The notes under the pieces: generated by a model | The model's database searches: none | Told to the model about the DNA's origin: nothing | Seen by the model: only the letters and a program-made list of their open reading frames with translations | Part shown: one piece after another, positions 39,842 to 51,586 of the stretch | Numbering within the stretch: the stretch's first letter is position 1 | How the letters are laid out: each line of letters starts with the position of its first letter | Translations under genes and position numbers: made by a program | Source of the DNA: Chthonomonadales bacterium | Lineage (GTDB): Bacteria > Armatimonadota > Chthonomonadetes > Chthonomonadales > CAJBBX01 | Assembly: GCA_037443035.1 (NCBI GenBank) | Contig: JBBIPC010000003.1 | Coordinates: 90,951-154,950 of the forward strand | Length of the DNA stretch: 64,000 bases | Direction of reading: 5' to 3'

Positions 39842-40792
39842 ATGCATGATCTACTGAGCCTGCGCGAGACCAGCAAGGACGATATCCTCGGCATACTCAC
39901 GACTGCCGCCAGCCTCAAGGAGATCCTGAGACGGCAGGTCAAGAAAGTGCCCACTCTGCGCGGTCGTGTGGTCGTGACGCTTTTCTACGAGCCTTCCACA
40001 CGCACGCGTACATCCTTCGAACTCGCTGCCAAGTACATGAGCGCGGACGCCGTGAACATCAGTGTCGCCCAGTCGTCCGTCACCAAAGGGGAGTCCCTGA
40101 AGGACACGATCCGAACACTGCAGAGCGTAACCGCCAACTGCATCGTGATCCGACATTCGTCCTCGGGAGCTGCCCATCTGGCGGCCCGGTATGCGGATGT
40201 GCCCGTCATCAACGCTGGCGACGGACGCCACGAGCACCCGACCCAAGGATTGCTGGACGCGCTTACGATTGCCGAAGCGAAGCGGGCGGACAGTAGCTTC
40301 GATTTCTCCGGTCTGCATGTGAGTATCGTAGGCGATCTCGCCCATAGCCGCGTGGCCCGGTCCAACGTATGGTGCTTGACAAGGCTGGGGGCCCAAGTGC
40401 GATGGTGTGGCCCAGCCACACTCCTCCCGGCAGACGCAGACCGCCTGCCCATAAGCGTCCATACAGACCTCGAGGAAGGCATTCGGGATGCCGACGTCGT
40501 CATGGTGCTTCGTCTGCAGACCGAACGGCAGGAAAAAGGCCTGTTACCGAGCCTCCGCGAGTACGCACGTGTCTGGGGGGTCAACCTACGCACCCTGCGC
40601 TGGGCGAAACCAGACGTCCTCGTCATGCATCCTGGTCCCATGAACCGTGGTGTCGAGATTTCCGCCGAGGTGGCGGATGGAGCGGGCGGTACGCGAGTTG
40701 CCATCGAGGACCAGGTCCGGAATGGGGTTGCGGTGCGCATGGCTTGCCTCTATCTGCTGATGAGCGGAGAACGAGAGGAGGAAGCGGAATGA
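39842..40792 (+). CDS. pyrB: Aspartate carbamoyltransferase catalytic subunit
   Basis: FYEPSTRTRTSF, NAGDG.HEHPTQ, HSRVARS, LRLQ, MHPGP. Confidence 0.97.
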   Translation: MHDLLSLRETSKDDILGILTTAASLKEILRRQVKKVPTLRGRVVVTLFYEPSTRTRTSFELAAKYMSADAVNISVAQSSVTKGESLKDTIRTLQSVTANCIVIRHSSSGAAHLAARYADVPVINAGDGRHEHPTQGLLDALTIAEAKRADSSFDFSGLHVSIVGDLAHSRVARSNVWCLTRLGAQVRWCGPATLLPADADRLPISVHTDLEEGIRDADVVMVLRLQTERQEKGLLPSLREYARVWGVNLRTLRWAKPDVLVMHPGPMNRGVEISAEVADGAGGTRVAIEDQVRNGVAVRMACLYLLMSGEREEEAE

Positions 40793-42060
40793 GGCTCGTC
40801 CTCAGAGGCGGACGGATCATTGACCCATCCCAATCCATGGATCGCGTTGCCGATGTGGTTATCGCCGACGGGGTTGTCGAAGCGATCACCGACCCCGGCG
40901 CTGTCCATGATGCGGAGGTTCGCGACGTCACCAACCTTCTCGTGACACCAGGTCTCATAGACATACACGTGCATCTTCGCGAGCCGGGCTTCGAATACAA
41001 AGAGGACATCGAGACTGGGACGCGCGCTGCAGCCGCCGGAGGCTTCACCGCTGTATGTTGCATGCCGAATACGCGTCCAGCCATAGACACACCAGCCGTC
41101 GTCAGGCAGATCATCGAGCGTGCGGATGAAGTTGGTGCAGCCCGGGTCTATCCGATCGCCTCCCTGACATGCGCCATGGCTGGCGATCAGCTTGCTGAGA
41201 TAGCTGACCTCAAGGCGGCGGGAGCCTGCGCTATCTCCGACGACGCCTTCCCCGTGCAGAACGCCGAGACCATGCGGCGCGGCATGGAATACTGCGCTCA
41301 GTTCGGCCTGACAGTCATGACCCACAACGAGGACCAAGCACTGACCCGTGGTGGTGCCATGCACGAAGGCTACACTGCCACCGTCATGGGGGTGCCGGGT
41401 ATCCCGGCGGTTGCGGAGGACATCGGCGTAGCCCGGAACATCCTGCTGGCCGCACTTACGGGCTGCCGGCTGCACCTGCTGCACCTCTCCACGGCCCGAG
41501 GCGTCGAGCTACTGCGATGGGCAAGAGAACGGGGCTGGCCTGTCACCGGCGAGACGGCACCCCACTATCTAACCCTTACCGACGATGCGTGCCTAGGGTA
41601 CGACACGAACGCCAAGATGAACCCGCCGCTGCGCACGGACGCCGATCGTCAAGCCCTTATCCAGGCGGTCGCAGATGGCGACGTGGACGCCATCGCCACC
41701 GATCACGCGCCACACGCGCCGTACGAGAAGGAGAGGGAGTTCGATCAGGCACCGTTCGGCATCGTCGGTCTCGAGACGGCCTTCGCCCTGGTCTTCACCC
41801 ATCTCGTCTTGTCAGGCCGGTTGAGCCTCCAGCAGATGATCAGGCTCATGAGTACCGGACCAGCAGCGGTCCTAGGTCTGCCGGGTGGCACTCTGCAACC
41901 GGGATCGCCGGCGGACCTGAGCGTCTTCGATCTGGACGAGCGGTGGGTAGTCGAGCCAACGATGTTTCGCTCGAAATCCCGCAATACCCCGTTTGGCGGC
42001 TGGAAGCTGCAAGGCAAGGCGAAGTTCACCGTCGTAGGTGGTCGCATCGTTGAAGACTAG
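40789..42060 (+). CDS. pyrC: Dihydroorotase
   Basis: DIHVHLREPG, MPNT, KMNPPLR, ATDHAPH, GLET; ATG overlaps the pyrB stop. Confidence 0.95.
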   Translation: MRLVLRGGRIIDPSQSMDRVADVVIADGVVEAITDPGAVHDAEVRDVTNLLVTPGLIDIHVHLREPGFEYKEDIETGTRAAAAGGFTAVCCMPNTRPAIDTPAVVRQIIERADEVGAARVYPIASLTCAMAGDQLAEIADLKAAGACAISDDAFPVQNAETMRRGMEYCAQFGLTVMTHNEDQALTRGGAMHEGYTATVMGVPGIPAVAEDIGVARNILLAALTGCRLHLLHLSTARGVELLRWARERGWPVTGETAPHYLTLTDDACLGYDTNAKMNPPLRTDADRQALIQAVADGDVDAIATDHAPHAPYEKEREFDQAPFGIVGLETAFALVFTHLVLSGRLSLQQMIRLMSTGPAAVLGLPGGTLQPGSPADLSVFDLDERWVVEPTMFRSKSRNTPFGGWKLQGKAKFTVVGGRIVED

Positions 42061-43660
42061 AGCCGATTACATTCTCATGGCTGGCCGTGTCCTCACGATG
42101 GATACGGAGCGGCCAGTCGTCGAGGCTGTGGCGGTGTCCGGAGATCGTATCGCTGCGGTCGGTTCACGGGCGGGTCTCCTCGCACTGGCGAGCCCCTCTA
42201 CCCGATTGCTGAATCTGGGCTCCCTTACAGTCCTGCCCGGTTTCCACGACTGTCACATGCATATCATGGGCCTGGGGGTAACTCTTCTCGCGGCGGATGT
42301 GTCCCCATCGGCCGGCGCCACCAGTGTTCCCTCGCTGCTCGACACCCTCCGGAATTGGGCGAGAGCCAATCCTGGCGAGGGCTGGGTCCGCGGTTACGGA
42401 TACAACCAGAATGCCTTTCCTGGAGCCCGCCATGTCACCGCCGCCGACCTCGACTCGGCCTTTCCGGAGAGACCAGTGGTTCTCTTCCATGCGAGCGGTC
42501 ATGGGGCAGTCGCGAACTCCGCCGCACTTCGCGCGGCGGGGATCAGTTCTGCGACCGAGGACCCGGCCGGTGGTGTCATCGGCCGGACCGCCGACGGAAC
42601 CCTGACCGGCCTGCTCTTGGAAAGCGCCATCGGTCTCGTAACGCGTGCCATCCCGCCCATGACACGTGCCGAACGGAGCGATGCCATCCTCCGCGCGTCC
42701 GATGCACTTCTCTCCAAAGGGATAACCTCTGCTTCGGATATGGGTGTCGGTGGGGCTAGCCTCGAGGACGAGCTTGCTGCATATCGCGATGCTGCGGAAC
42801 GTGGAGCAGCGATCCGGATGACCATTTGCCCCGACGCGGCCGAGCTGTGGTCACCCGATACGGTCCCCAACCGAGCGGACCTGGAGCGGGGCTTGAACTT
42901 GCCGGATGGCCTCAGGCTCGGTGCGCTAAAGCTCTTTGCCGACGGCGCGCTGACCACGCGGACGGCAGCGTTGTCGGAACCATACGTAGACGGCTCCGGA
43001 AGCGGTTTGCTACTCCACGAGCCCGACGAACTAAGAAACTACATCCGTTCCGGTCATGCCAAGGGATGGCAGGTGGCCACTCATGCCATCGGGGACCGCG
43101 CTGTAGCGCTGGTGCTGGATGCCTACGAGGAGCCTGGCCCTAGGACGTCATCACCTGATCGGATCGAGCACGCCATGCTGCTCGACTCGGGTCTCATCGC
43201 CCGTATGGCGCGTGCAGGGGTCATCGCTGTACTGCAGCCGGAGTTCCTGGCGCGACTGGGGGACGCCTACGTGCTGGGGCTCGGGGAAGAGCGTGCCTCG
43301 CGCCTGAACCCTGTGACATCGCTCATGGCGGCCGGAGTAACAGTCGCGTTCAGTTCGGACTGTCCGGTGGTGCCCGGTTCCCCGCTGGACGGAGTTCGCG
43401 CAGCCATGCAGCGCATGGCACCGTCCGGCCGCGTCCTCGGTCGCGACGAGCGATGCGACCTAGCCACCGCCCTCCAGGCCTACACCGTCGCCGCAGCCTG
43501 CGCTGTTGGGGATGAGACTGAAGTCGGCCGACTGCGCCCCGGCATGAGGGCGGACCTCGTCATCTTGACATCGCTTCCAGGTGAGGATGCCGCTGATCCG
43601 GAAGTCGTCACCGTCATGTCCGGCGGCAAGTTCGTATACGGAGAGGGCCGCCTCCTTTGA
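42038..43660 (+). CDS. Amidohydrolase family 3 protein (YtcJ-like)
   Basis: PGFHDCHMH, KLFADG, THAIGD, RIEHA, SSDCP, GRLRPGMRADLV. Confidence 0.9.
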   Translation: MVASLKTRADYILMAGRVLTMDTERPVVEAVAVSGDRIAAVGSRAGLLALASPSTRLLNLGSLTVLPGFHDCHMHIMGLGVTLLAADVSPSAGATSVPSLLDTLRNWARANPGEGWVRGYGYNQNAFPGARHVTAADLDSAFPERPVVLFHASGHGAVANSAALRAAGISSATEDPAGGVIGRTADGTLTGLLLESAIGLVTRAIPPMTRAERSDAILRASDALLSKGITSASDMGVGGASLEDELAAYRDAAERGAAIRMTICPDAAELWSPDTVPNRADLERGLNLPDGLRLGALKLFADGALTTRTAALSEPYVDGSGSGLLLHEPDELRNYIRSGHAKGWQVATHAIGDRAVALVLDAYEEPGPRTSSPDRIEHAMLLDSGLIARMARAGVIAVLQPEFLARLGDAYVLGLGEERASRLNPVTSLMAAGVTVAFSSDCPVVPGSPLDGVRAAMQRMAPSGRVLGRDERCDLATALQAYTVAAACAVGDETEVGRLRPGMRADLVILTSLPGEDAADPEVVTVMSGGKFVYGEGRLL

Positions 43661-43721
43661 GGCGAGGTACCGGCTCACGCATGAGCATTGCTCACCTGCC
43701 TAGGAGGACTCTGCGACGGCC

Positions 43722-44822
43722 ATGAGAAGCCTGCTGAGCAAACCTACGCGAGCGATACTCGTGCTCGAGGATGGTTCCGTCTTCGAGGGACAGTCGTTCG
43801 GAGCCCAGGGACGTGCCTACGGCGAGGTCGTGTTCAACACGGGCATGACGGGGTACCAGGAGATCCTCTCGGACCCATCCTATGCGGGCCAGATCGTGAC
43901 TCTTACCTACCCTCTCATCGGCAACTACGGCGCCAACAGTGACGACTTCGAATCCGGCCGGGTTCAGGTGGAAGGCTTCGTGGTCCGCGAGGCGTCAGAG
44001 GAGCCCAGCAACTGGCGTTCCAGAGGCACCATCCACGGCTTTCTCGAGCATCGTGGTATCGTCGGCATCCAGGGAATCGACACGCGTGCCCTCACGCGAC
44101 GACTCAGAGCGCAAGGCGTGATGATGGGCACGATTACGACCAATGAGACGCCTGCGGAAGCGCTGGACAGGGTGCGTCAGTCCCCCCGATACGCCTCCGT
44201 GGACTACGTCCGGCGGGTTTCCACGCGAGAACCCTACGAATGGCCTGCCGAAGGGGAGACCCGCTACCGCGTGGCACTCCTGGACTGCGGTGTCAAGTTC
44301 AACATCATGCGTCATCTGGCGAAGCGGGGATGCCATGTCACCGTCTGGCCTTGCACCGCCACGGCCGAGGAGATTCTGGAGCGTCAACCCGATGGCGTCA
44401 TGCTCTCTCCGGGTCCCGGCGACCCTGCCAACCTCGGCTACCTCATCGCCACGGTACGCACCTTAGCCTATCGCATGCCCATGATGGGCGTCTGTCTTGG
44501 AAATCAGCTCGTGGGGTATGCATTTGGCAGTCGCACGTTCAAACTAAGGTTCGGACACCGTGGCAGCAACCACCCGGTGCGCGATCTCAACACTGGCCGT
44601 GTCTACATCACTTCCCAGAACCACGGCTACGCCCTGGACCCCAACGAGCTACGCGACGGCATGGAGGTGGCGCATATCAACCTCAACGACGGTACGGTGG
44701 AAGGACTGCGCCATCGCGAGCTTCCCGTCTTCACCATCCAGTACCACCCGGAGGCGTCGCCCGGCCCCCACGACAGCGCCTACTTCTTCGATCAGTTCGT
44801 CGAGCTCATGGCGAAGCGATGA
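43722..44822 (+). CDS. carA: Carbamoyl-phosphate synthase small subunit
   Basis: GEVVFNTGMTGYQE, SPGPGDP, GVCLGNQ, GHRGSNHPV, QNHG, QYHPEASPGP. Confidence 0.97.
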   Translation: MRSLLSKPTRAILVLEDGSVFEGQSFGAQGRAYGEVVFNTGMTGYQEILSDPSYAGQIVTLTYPLIGNYGANSDDFESGRVQVEGFVVREASEEPSNWRSRGTIHGFLEHRGIVGIQGIDTRALTRRLRAQGVMMGTITTNETPAEALDRVRQSPRYASVDYVRRVSTREPYEWPAEGETRYRVALLDCGVKFNIMRHLAKRGCHVTVWPCTATAEEILERQPDGVMLSPGPGDPANLGYLIATVRTLAYRMPMMGVCLGNQLVGYAFGSRTFKLRFGHRGSNHPVRDLNTGRVYITSQNHGYALDPNELRDGMEVAHINLNDGTVEGLRHRELPVFTIQYHPEASPGPHDSAYFFDQFVELMAKR

Positions 44823-45499
44823 CACCGACCGTCGTCCGCCTATCGGAGCCAGAGCCGCCTGAGAAGCCCGCTGCCGAAGGACCGGTGTCGCAGCCGGAGC
44901 AGCGCCGTCTCCTTCGACTGCGCATCCTTCTGCCGTTTCTGTTTCTCCTCGCCTTTCTCGCCTGGGGCTTCACGACGAACTACATTCCGTCCCACTCCAT
45001 GGAGCCGACGCTCCGCCCTGGAGATCACATCCTCGTCATGCGAGAATGGCTGGCCTATCCTCGTGGGCGCATACCTGCACGCGGCGATATCGTGACGTTT
45101 CTACCGCCCGACGAGGCACTCGCTCAGGAAGGTCCATCACAAGAGCCGCAGTCGCTCCGTCCGGAGGTGTGGATCAAACGTGTCATAGGTCTTCCAGGCG
45201 AGGTGATTTGGATCGTCGGTGGAAGGGTATTCATCAATGGTTCGCCAGTCCCGAAATCCTTCTACCAGGGGAGGCCCAACCTCTATCAAGAGCGCTACCC
45301 CTACGCCTCCGACATGCCACTTACCCTAGGCAATGACGAGCTGTTCGTCATCGGAGACAATCCAGAGGACAGCGACGACAGTCGGACCTGGGGACCACTC
45401 AAGCGAGACCGCATTGTCGGGAAGTTCGTGGCTGTTCTCTTCAACGAGAGTAGGTTTGGGCTCAACAGCCGCCGCGAGCAGCGCGCAGGAGGGACTTGA
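44819..45499 (+). CDS. lepB: Signal peptidase I
   Basis: TM anchor, catalytic Ser (PSHSMEPTL) and Lys (IKRVIGLPG), GDN..DSDDSR.WG. Confidence 0.9.
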   Translation: MTPTVVRLSEPEPPEKPAAEGPVSQPEQRRLLRLRILLPFLFLLAFLAWGFTTNYIPSHSMEPTLRPGDHILVMREWLAYPRGRIPARGDIVTFLPPDEALAQEGPSQEPQSLRPEVWIKRVIGLPGEVIWIVGGRVFINGSPVPKSFYQGRPNLYQERYPYASDMPLTLGNDELFVIGDNPEDSDDSRTWGPLKRDRIVGKFVAVLFNESRFGLNSRREQRAGGT

Positions 45500-47295
45500 T
45501 GGCGAGGCGCTATTGCGATCGCAGGACGTTGGCCATCCTGGCTTGCGCAGCGGTAGTTATCGCCTCTGTGGCTCTCCGTTGTTACGCGCTCCGATCCGAC
45601 CCGTACCCGCGACTGGACTGGAGCGCGGGACTGCTCACAGACGAGGGGTTCTACGTCCACAACGCGCGCAATCGAGTCCTGTTTGGGCGCGAACGAACGG
45701 ATGAGTTCAACAATATGCTCCTCTCGCCCTTGCTGCACCATGCACAGGTAGCCGTCTTCCGCCTGGCAGGTGTCGGTTCCGTGCAAGCACGTAGTATCAG
45801 TGTCGTCTGTAGCCTGGCCAGCATGGTTCTACTGTGGCTCGTGTTGAAGCCTCTCTTCGGCGTATACGTGGCATGGATCGCCGTGACACTGCTGGGTCTG
45901 GACCATGTGCACCTGCTCTACAGCCGTATGGCTCTCATGGACCCCTTCGCGGCGTTCCTGGCAGTCATGGCATTCGCGTCCTTCGCACGAGCGACGCGAC
46001 TTCAGGGAAGCTTGGCGACTTCGCTCCTATGGTACGGCTTTGGCGGCGCAGTCTTGGCCTTGGCCGTGCTGAACCGGTCGCTATGCATCTATCTCGTGCC
46101 TGCGCCCTTCATTGCCCTGGCAGCCATCCACGAGCGGCCACGGAGCTATGGAGCAGTCGTCTCGGGTATGGCGGTTGTCGTGGTCTTGTGGGCGGTCCTC
46201 TGGTGGGCTCCGCATCGGGCAGAGATCGCGCACATGAACCGCTACTATCGGCTGCATCAGGTACAGCCCGCCTCGCTGGCCAAGCTCTGGGACAACCTGC
46301 GTACAGGCGCGTTCGGCGATCACCGCGGGATCGGCCCCTATCTCTTCCGTCACACCCCCGTGCCGTTCGCGCTTTGCCTCCTGTACTTGGCCGCCCTGCC
46401 GCTCGGCATGCATCCGCAGTCCGAGAAGATGCACCCTTCGGCAACGCGGACTGACCGTTCTGCGCTATTCGCCAGGGCGTATCTGGTCACGTGGCTCCTG
46501 GGGGGATGGCTCGCCTTGTCGGCCTCGAACTACTCTCCGAGCCGGTATTACGTCACTACGTACCCTGCCATGATGGCGCTGGCAGCGCTCTGCGTAGGCG
46601 AGCTGGCAGAGAGAGTGCGTCACCTGAGCGGAGCGCACGTCATGGCCCGGTTGACGCGGTCCGCCCTCGGAGGCTTCCTCCTGTTCCACACCGTCCAGAC
46701 CGTCGTGCACCGAGGTGGCGTGATCGCTCCTCTGGCGACGTGGCTCGTCCTCGTATCGATTCCCATTCTGGGCGCAGTCCTTCTCTGGAGGTGGCAGGGA
46801 CGCCCGGAACCGCTCGTCAGGGCTCCGGCCGCCGCACTACTATTGGGGCTCTGGCTCCTATCTAATGGCTACTGGTTGGGGGACTGGTCGAGAGGGATCG
46901 GCTACACGCAGTTCGCCATATCGCGAGAACTCCAGCAGATGCTTCCAAAGGGCTCCGTCCTTATCGGTGATGTGGCGCCGGGGCTATGCCTGGATAACCG
47001 TCACATGGTGGTGAACGTCATACCGGGCCTGTGCAACGGAGAACGTCCTGTGGAAACGTTCCGCGGGCGTCCCAGGTTCGTAGCCATTCTCGATGGTCGC
47101 TGGAAAGAGCGGTATTGGCTCCAGCGGTACCCAGCGCTCGTGCACCCGGCGCGCAGGCTGCTCTTACGGCGGGTCCTACGGTGGGACATTGGGGTGTATC
47201 AGGTCCAGGATGCGGCTGCGACCATGGAAAACCGGCGGTGCGCAGTCCGTAACGCGTATGCGCCAAGTAGCGGAGCAGGGAGTGTGTATGCCTAG
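45496..47295 (+). CDS. GT-C fold membrane glycosyltransferase (ArnT/GT39-like)
   Basis: DE motif after the first TM (LLTDEGFY), SRMALMD, multiple TM helices, RYY motif, soluble C-terminal domain. Confidence 0.7.
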   Translation: MMARRYCDRRTLAILACAAVVIASVALRCYALRSDPYPRLDWSAGLLTDEGFYVHNARNRVLFGRERTDEFNNMLLSPLLHHAQVAVFRLAGVGSVQARSISVVCSLASMVLLWLVLKPLFGVYVAWIAVTLLGLDHVHLLYSRMALMDPFAAFLAVMAFASFARATRLQGSLATSLLWYGFGGAVLALAVLNRSLCIYLVPAPFIALAAIHERPRSYGAVVSGMAVVVVLWAVLWWAPHRAEIAHMNRYYRLHQVQPASLAKLWDNLRTGAFGDHRGIGPYLFRHTPVPFALCLLYLAALPLGMHPQSEKMHPSATRTDRSALFARAYLVTWLLGGWLALSASNYSPSRYYVTTYPAMMALAALCVGELAERVRHLSGAHVMARLTRSALGGFLLFHTVQTVVHRGGVIAPLATWLVLVSIPILGAVLLWRWQGRPEPLVRAPAAALLLGLWLLSNGYWLGDWSRGIGYTQFAISRELQQMLPKGSVLIGDVAPGLCLDNRHMVVNVIPGLCNGERPVETFRGRPRFVAILDGRWKERYWLQRYPALVHPARRLLLRRVLRWDIGVYQVQDAAATMENRRCAVRNAYAPSSGAGSVYA

Positions 47296-49009
47296 AGATC
47301 CGTCTATCAAGAAGGTGATGGTCATCGGTTCGGGCCCCATCGTCATCGGGCAGGCAGCCGAGTTCGATTATGCAGGTACCCAGGCATGCCGCTCGCTTCG
47401 GGAAGAAGGGGTATCCGTTGTCCTTATCAACTCCAACCCCGCGACGATCATGACCGATCTCGAGATGGCGGATCGAGTTTATATCGAGCCTCTCGCAGTG
47501 GAGTTCGCCGAACGCGTTATCGCCCAGGAACGCCCGGACGGGCTTCTCCCGACTCTGGGAGGACAGACGGGGCTGAACCTCGCGACCCAACTCGCTGAGG
47601 CTGGCGTGCTGGATCGCTACGGCGTGCGCCTCCTCGGCACCCCTCTCGACTCCATCCGTATGGCAGAGGACCGGAACGAGTTCCGAGAACTGATGCGCCG
47701 TATCGGCGAGCCCGTACCGGAGAGCTGGATCATCGAAGACGAGGCCATGCTCCCAGACATCGCTCAGAAGGGCATCTGGCCGCTCATCATTCGTCCGGCC
47801 TATACTTTGGGCGGCACGGGAGGCGGTATCGCTCACAATGCCGACGAGTTGTTGGAAATCGGCAAGCACGGACTTTCGGTCTCCATGCGGCATCAGATCA
47901 TGGTGGAGCGTTGCCTACTCGGCTGGAAGGAGATCGAATATGAAGTCATGCGCGACGCCAACAATACTTGCATCACCGTGTGCAACATGGAGAACTTCGA
48001 CCCCATGGGCGTGCATACGGGAGACTCCATCGTGGTGGCTCCGTCCCAGACGCTGTCGGACAAGGAATATCAGCTGCTGCGCACGGCCTCGCTGAATATC
48101 ATCCGGAGTCTGGGCATCGAAGGCGGATGCAACGTGCAGCTCGCGCTGGATCCCGACAGCTTCCAGTACTACGTGATCGAAGTGAACCCGCGCGTGTCCC
48201 GTTCTTCGGCGCTAGCTTCCAAAGCCACGGGTTATCCGATCGCACGCGTGGCCGCCAAGATCGCCATCGGGTTGCACCTCGATGAAATCCAGAACGCCGT
48301 GACGAAGAAGACGCTCGCATGTTTCGAACCAGCGTTGGATTACTGCGTGGTCAAGATCCCCCGCTGGCCGTTCGACAAGTTCCGCCAGGCTGACCGGCGC
48401 ATCACCACACAGATGAAGGCGACGGGCGAGGTCATGGCCATCGACAGAACGTTCGAGGCCGCATTGATGAAGGCCATTCGGAGCCTGGAAATCGGAGCCT
48501 ATGGGCTTACACGCAAGCGCATGAACGAGTTGTCCGATGTCCAGCTCGAAGAGGGGCTGGCCGTCCCCACGGACGAAAGGCTGTTCATCATCGCCGAGGC
48601 CCTGCGACGCGGCATGATGGTAGAGGAAATCCAGGCCTTGTCCCGCGTGGATTCGTGGTTCCTGAGGAAGATCGAGAGACTTGTCACTATGGAAACCCGC
48701 CTCAGGCTCGATGGCCGGAAGATCGCGGCGCTTGCTGAGACGCTCGATTCCGATGACCCAGCAGCCGACCTTCTGCGCGAGGCGAAGCGCTTGGGATTCT
48801 CGGACCGACAGATTGCCGAGTGCTCAGGCTTGAGCGAACGTCATGTACGGGATGTCAGGCGGGCGTTCGGCATCCGCCCTGTCTACAAGATGGTAGATAC
48901 ATGCGCTGCCGAGTTCGAAGCCGAGACGCCCTACTTCTACTCGTGCTATGAACAAGAGGACGAGTACTTGGGCAGCCTAGGGGCCGTTCAGGAAGGAGCA
49001 AGGTCATGA
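47288..49009 (+). CDS. carB: Carbamoyl-phosphate synthase large subunit, N-terminal half
   Basis: [53 protein letters not shown]; ends after [17 protein letters not shown]. Confidence 0.95.
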   Translation: MPRDPSIKKVMVIGSGPIVIGQAAEFDYAGTQACRSLREEGVSVVLINSNPATIMTDLEMADRVYIEPLAVEFAERVIAQERPDGLLPTLGGQTGLNLATQLAEAGVLDRYGVRLLGTPLDSIRMAEDRNEFRELMRRIGEPVPESWIIEDEAMLPDIAQKGIWPLIIRPAYTLGGTGGGIAHNADELLEIGKHGLSVSMRHQIMVERCLLGWKEIEYEVMRDANNTCITVCNMENFDPMGVHTGDSIVVAPSQTLSDKEYQLLRTASLNIIRSLGIEGGCNVQLALDPDSFQYYVIEVNPRVSRSSALASKATGYPIARVAAKIAIGLHLDEIQNAVTKKTLACFEPALDYCVVKIPRWPFDKFRQADRRITTQMKATGEVMAIDRTFEAALMKAIRSLEIGAYGLTRKRMNELSDVQLEEGLAVPTDERLFIIAEALRRGMMVEEIQALSRVDSWFLRKIERLVTMETRLRLDGRKIAALAETLDSDDPAADLLREAKRLGFSDRQIAECSGLSERHVRDVRRAFGIRPVYKMVDTCAAEFEAETPYFYSCYEQEDEYLGSLGAVQEGARS

Positions 49010-49824
49010 GCGACACAAGCCAGGCGCAGGGCTACGTCCTGGCAACGGGCGACGAAGGGAAGGACCGTCTTGGACTTGTCGATGAAGTCCACGGCGCAGA
49101 CACACGAGCGCTCCTGAAAAAGGCCGGCATTGCTCGCGGCATGCGCGTAGCCGACATCGGCTGCGGCGTTGGACTTGTGACCTGTACTCTGGCGCAGATG
49201 GTGGCGCCTGACGGTGAGGTCGTGGGCGTGGACATCAGCCCAGAACAGATCCAAGTCGCCCAGGGATTGGCTGAGCAGAAGGGGCTCAGCAACGTGCGCT
49301 TCGTCGTGGCCAGCGCCTACGACACCGGGCTGGAGGCAGGAAGCTTCGATGCCACGTACGCACGGTTCGTCTTGATGCACCTGGCGCGACCGGCAGACGC
49401 TCTGGCCGAGATGGCGCGTCTCCTCCGACCGAGTGGCACTCTCATCGTGGAGGATGGCGACTTCACATCGCCCTATTGCGTTCCCGCGTCGCCGGCGTAT
49501 CTGAGGGCATTCGAGCTGTATCGGGAGGCCGTGCGACGCCAGGGGGCTGATCCGGAGATCGGTCCCTCGCTCATCGGCATGGTGATGAAGGCCGGCTTTC
49601 CGCGACTTGGGGTAGCGGTGGTCCAGCCGATACTCAAGGAGGGTGCCGCGAAACGTCTGCCAGAGTTGACATTGCTGGAAGCGGCACCGGAGATACTGGC
49701 GGCAGGCGCTGCAACCGAAGCGGAGATTCAGGCGATCGCCGCGGAAGTCCGCCGCCTTGCCGATGACGTCACCACGGAGTTCGGCATGGCGCAGATGACT
49801 CAAGTCTGGGCGACGAAACCATGA
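49006..49824 (+). CDS. Class I SAM-dependent methyltransferase
   Basis: [31 protein letters not shown]. Confidence 0.9.
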   Translation: MSDTSQAQGYVLATGDEGKDRLGLVDEVHGADTRALLKKAGIARGMRVADIGCGVGLVTCTLAQMVAPDGEVVGVDISPEQIQVAQGLAEQKGLSNVRFVVASAYDTGLEAGSFDATYARFVLMHLARPADALAEMARLLRPSGTLIVEDGDFTSPYCVPASPAYLRAFELYREAVRRQGADPEIGPSLIGMVMKAGFPRLGVAVVQPILKEGAAKRLPELTLLEAAPEILAAGAATEAEIQAIAAEVRRLADDVTTEFGMAQMTQVWATKP

Positions 49825-49867
49825 GGCGCGGTACAGCAGAATCTAGGTAAGGGGAGAAAGCAAACCC

Positions 49868-51469
49868 GTGAAACCGAAGGTCATCGTCATCGGGTCGGGT
49901 CCCATACGCATCGGACAAGGGATCGAGTTCGACTATTGCTCTGTTCACTGCGTATGGGCGCTCCAGGCGGCAGGGTACCAGGCGATCATCATCAACAACA
50001 ACCCGGAGACGGTGAGCACAGACTTCGACACTTCGGACTGCCTCTACTTCGAGCCGCTTACCGTCGAGGATGTGCTGAACATCATCGAACGGGAACAGCC
50101 CGAAGGCGTCGTCGTCCAGTTCGGTGGACAGACAGCCATCAACCTCGCCGGACCCCTGAGCGAAGCGGGCGTGCGGATCCTGGGTTCGTCGCCCGATTCC
50201 ATCAGCTTGGCCGAGGATCGGAAGCGCTTCGAGAAGGTCCTCCGGGAGCTGGGCATTCCCAAGCCGGCTGGTCGGACGGTGGAGAGCCAGGCCGAAGCCG
50301 AGGAGGTGGCCGCGGAGATCGGCTATCCCGTCCTCGTTCGGCCCTCGTGGGTGCTCGGTGGTCGGGCCATGGAGATCGTCTACAGCCGTGACGAGCTCCG
50401 ATCCTACATGACATATGTCGTGGACGTATCACCGACGGCGCCAATCCTGATAGACAAGTACGTGCTCGGACGCGAGGTGGAAGTGGATGTGATCTCGGAC
50501 GGTGTGGATTGCGTCCTTCCGGGGATCATGGAGCACATCGAGCGAGCCGGCGTTCATTCCGGCGACTCCATGGCGGTCTACCCGCCGCAGAACCTGAGCC
50601 AGAATGTCATCGAGCAGATCGTAGATACCGCTACCCGTCTCTCGCGGCGCCTGGAAGTGTGCGGGCTGATGAATATCCAGTACGTTGTCAGCGATGAGAC
50701 TGCTCAGGTCCTAGAGGTCAATCCCAGAGCTAGCCGCACCGTGCCGTATCTTTCGAAGATCACCGGCATCCCCATGGTTCAGGTAGCGACCTTCGCCATG
50801 CTTGGCCGCAGCCTTCGGGATCAGGGCTACAGCCCGGGTCTCCAACCTGTTCCTCCGCTCATTGCGGTGAAGGCTCCAGTCTTCAGCTTCCCTAAACTCA
50901 AAGGCGTGGACATTGGGCTAGGTCCAGAGATGAAGAGCACCGGCGAGATCATGGGCATCGAGCAGGACTACAGCAGGGCGCTCTACAAAGCCATGGTGGC
51001 TAGCGGCCTGGAGGTGCAGACGGGAGGCGCCCTACTGGCCACGATTGCCGATCACGACAAGTCGGAGTCCGCCGCCATCATCCGGGATTTCGCCGAGCTT
51101 GGCTTCCGCATTTTCGCTACGGAAGGCACAGCGCGCTTCCTCAATCAGCGAGGCATCCCGGCGACACCTGTTAGCAAGATACGCGAGAGCTCCTACAACG
51201 GTGGTCCCGCGCGTCCGGACCTGCTGGATCTAATTCGAAGCGGCCGGGTGGACCTGCTGATCAACACGCTTTCCACCGACAAGAGGACCGAACAGGAAGC
51301 GGTCCAGATACGCCGCGCGAGTGTGGAGATGGGGATTCCCTGCCTAACTTCTCTTGACACAGCACGCGCCCTTTGGATGGCACTGAAGAGCCGCGCATCT
51401 GGTAGCGCTTTCGTCTGCCTGCCTGTGGATGGTTACCTCAAGGGCATTGACATCGCTTCCAACATGTGA
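49868..51469 (+). CDS. carB: Carbamoyl-phosphate synthase large subunit, C-terminal half with MGS domain
   Basis: [63 protein letters not shown]; own GGGGAG RBS. Confidence 0.95.
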   Translation: MKPKVIVIGSGPIRIGQGIEFDYCSVHCVWALQAAGYQAIIINNNPETVSTDFDTSDCLYFEPLTVEDVLNIIEREQPEGVVVQFGGQTAINLAGPLSEAGVRILGSSPDSISLAEDRKRFEKVLRELGIPKPAGRTVESQAEAEEVAAEIGYPVLVRPSWVLGGRAMEIVYSRDELRSYMTYVVDVSPTAPILIDKYVLGREVEVDVISDGVDCVLPGIMEHIERAGVHSGDSMAVYPPQNLSQNVIEQIVDTATRLSRRLEVCGLMNIQYVVSDETAQVLEVNPRASRTVPYLSKITGIPMVQVATFAMLGRSLRDQGYSPGLQPVPPLIAVKAPVFSFPKLKGVDIGLGPEMKSTGEIMGIEQDYSRALYKAMVASGLEVQTGGALLATIADHDKSESAAIIRDFAELGFRIFATEGTARFLNQRGIPATPVSKIRESSYNGGPARPDLLDLIRSGRVDLLINTLSTDKRTEQEAVQIRRASVEMGIPCLTSLDTARALWMALKSRASGSAFVCLPVDGYLKGIDIASNM

Positions 51470-51475
51470 TAGCAT
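51447..51475 (+). promoter_or_regulatory. Sigma70-type promoter for the pilin-like cassette, overlapping the carB 3' end
   Basis: TTGACA-17 nt-TAGCAT with TG extension. Confidence 0.65.
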
Positions 51476-51586
51476 AGCTATGCGCCATGGCAGCAGCCCA
51501 AGAGGTGGAGGGGCAATTCTGTTTGCCATTCTCTGTTCGGGTGGTCGCCGTGGCAGACTCCCAACCCCCCAAGGAGGGAAGCTCGA

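Noticed and set aside
49006..49824. Intron, intein or mobile element interrupting carB
   Set aside because: It is an ordinary methyltransferase with its own RBS; there are no transposase, terminal repeat or splicing motifs, and both carB halves have their own starts and stops.
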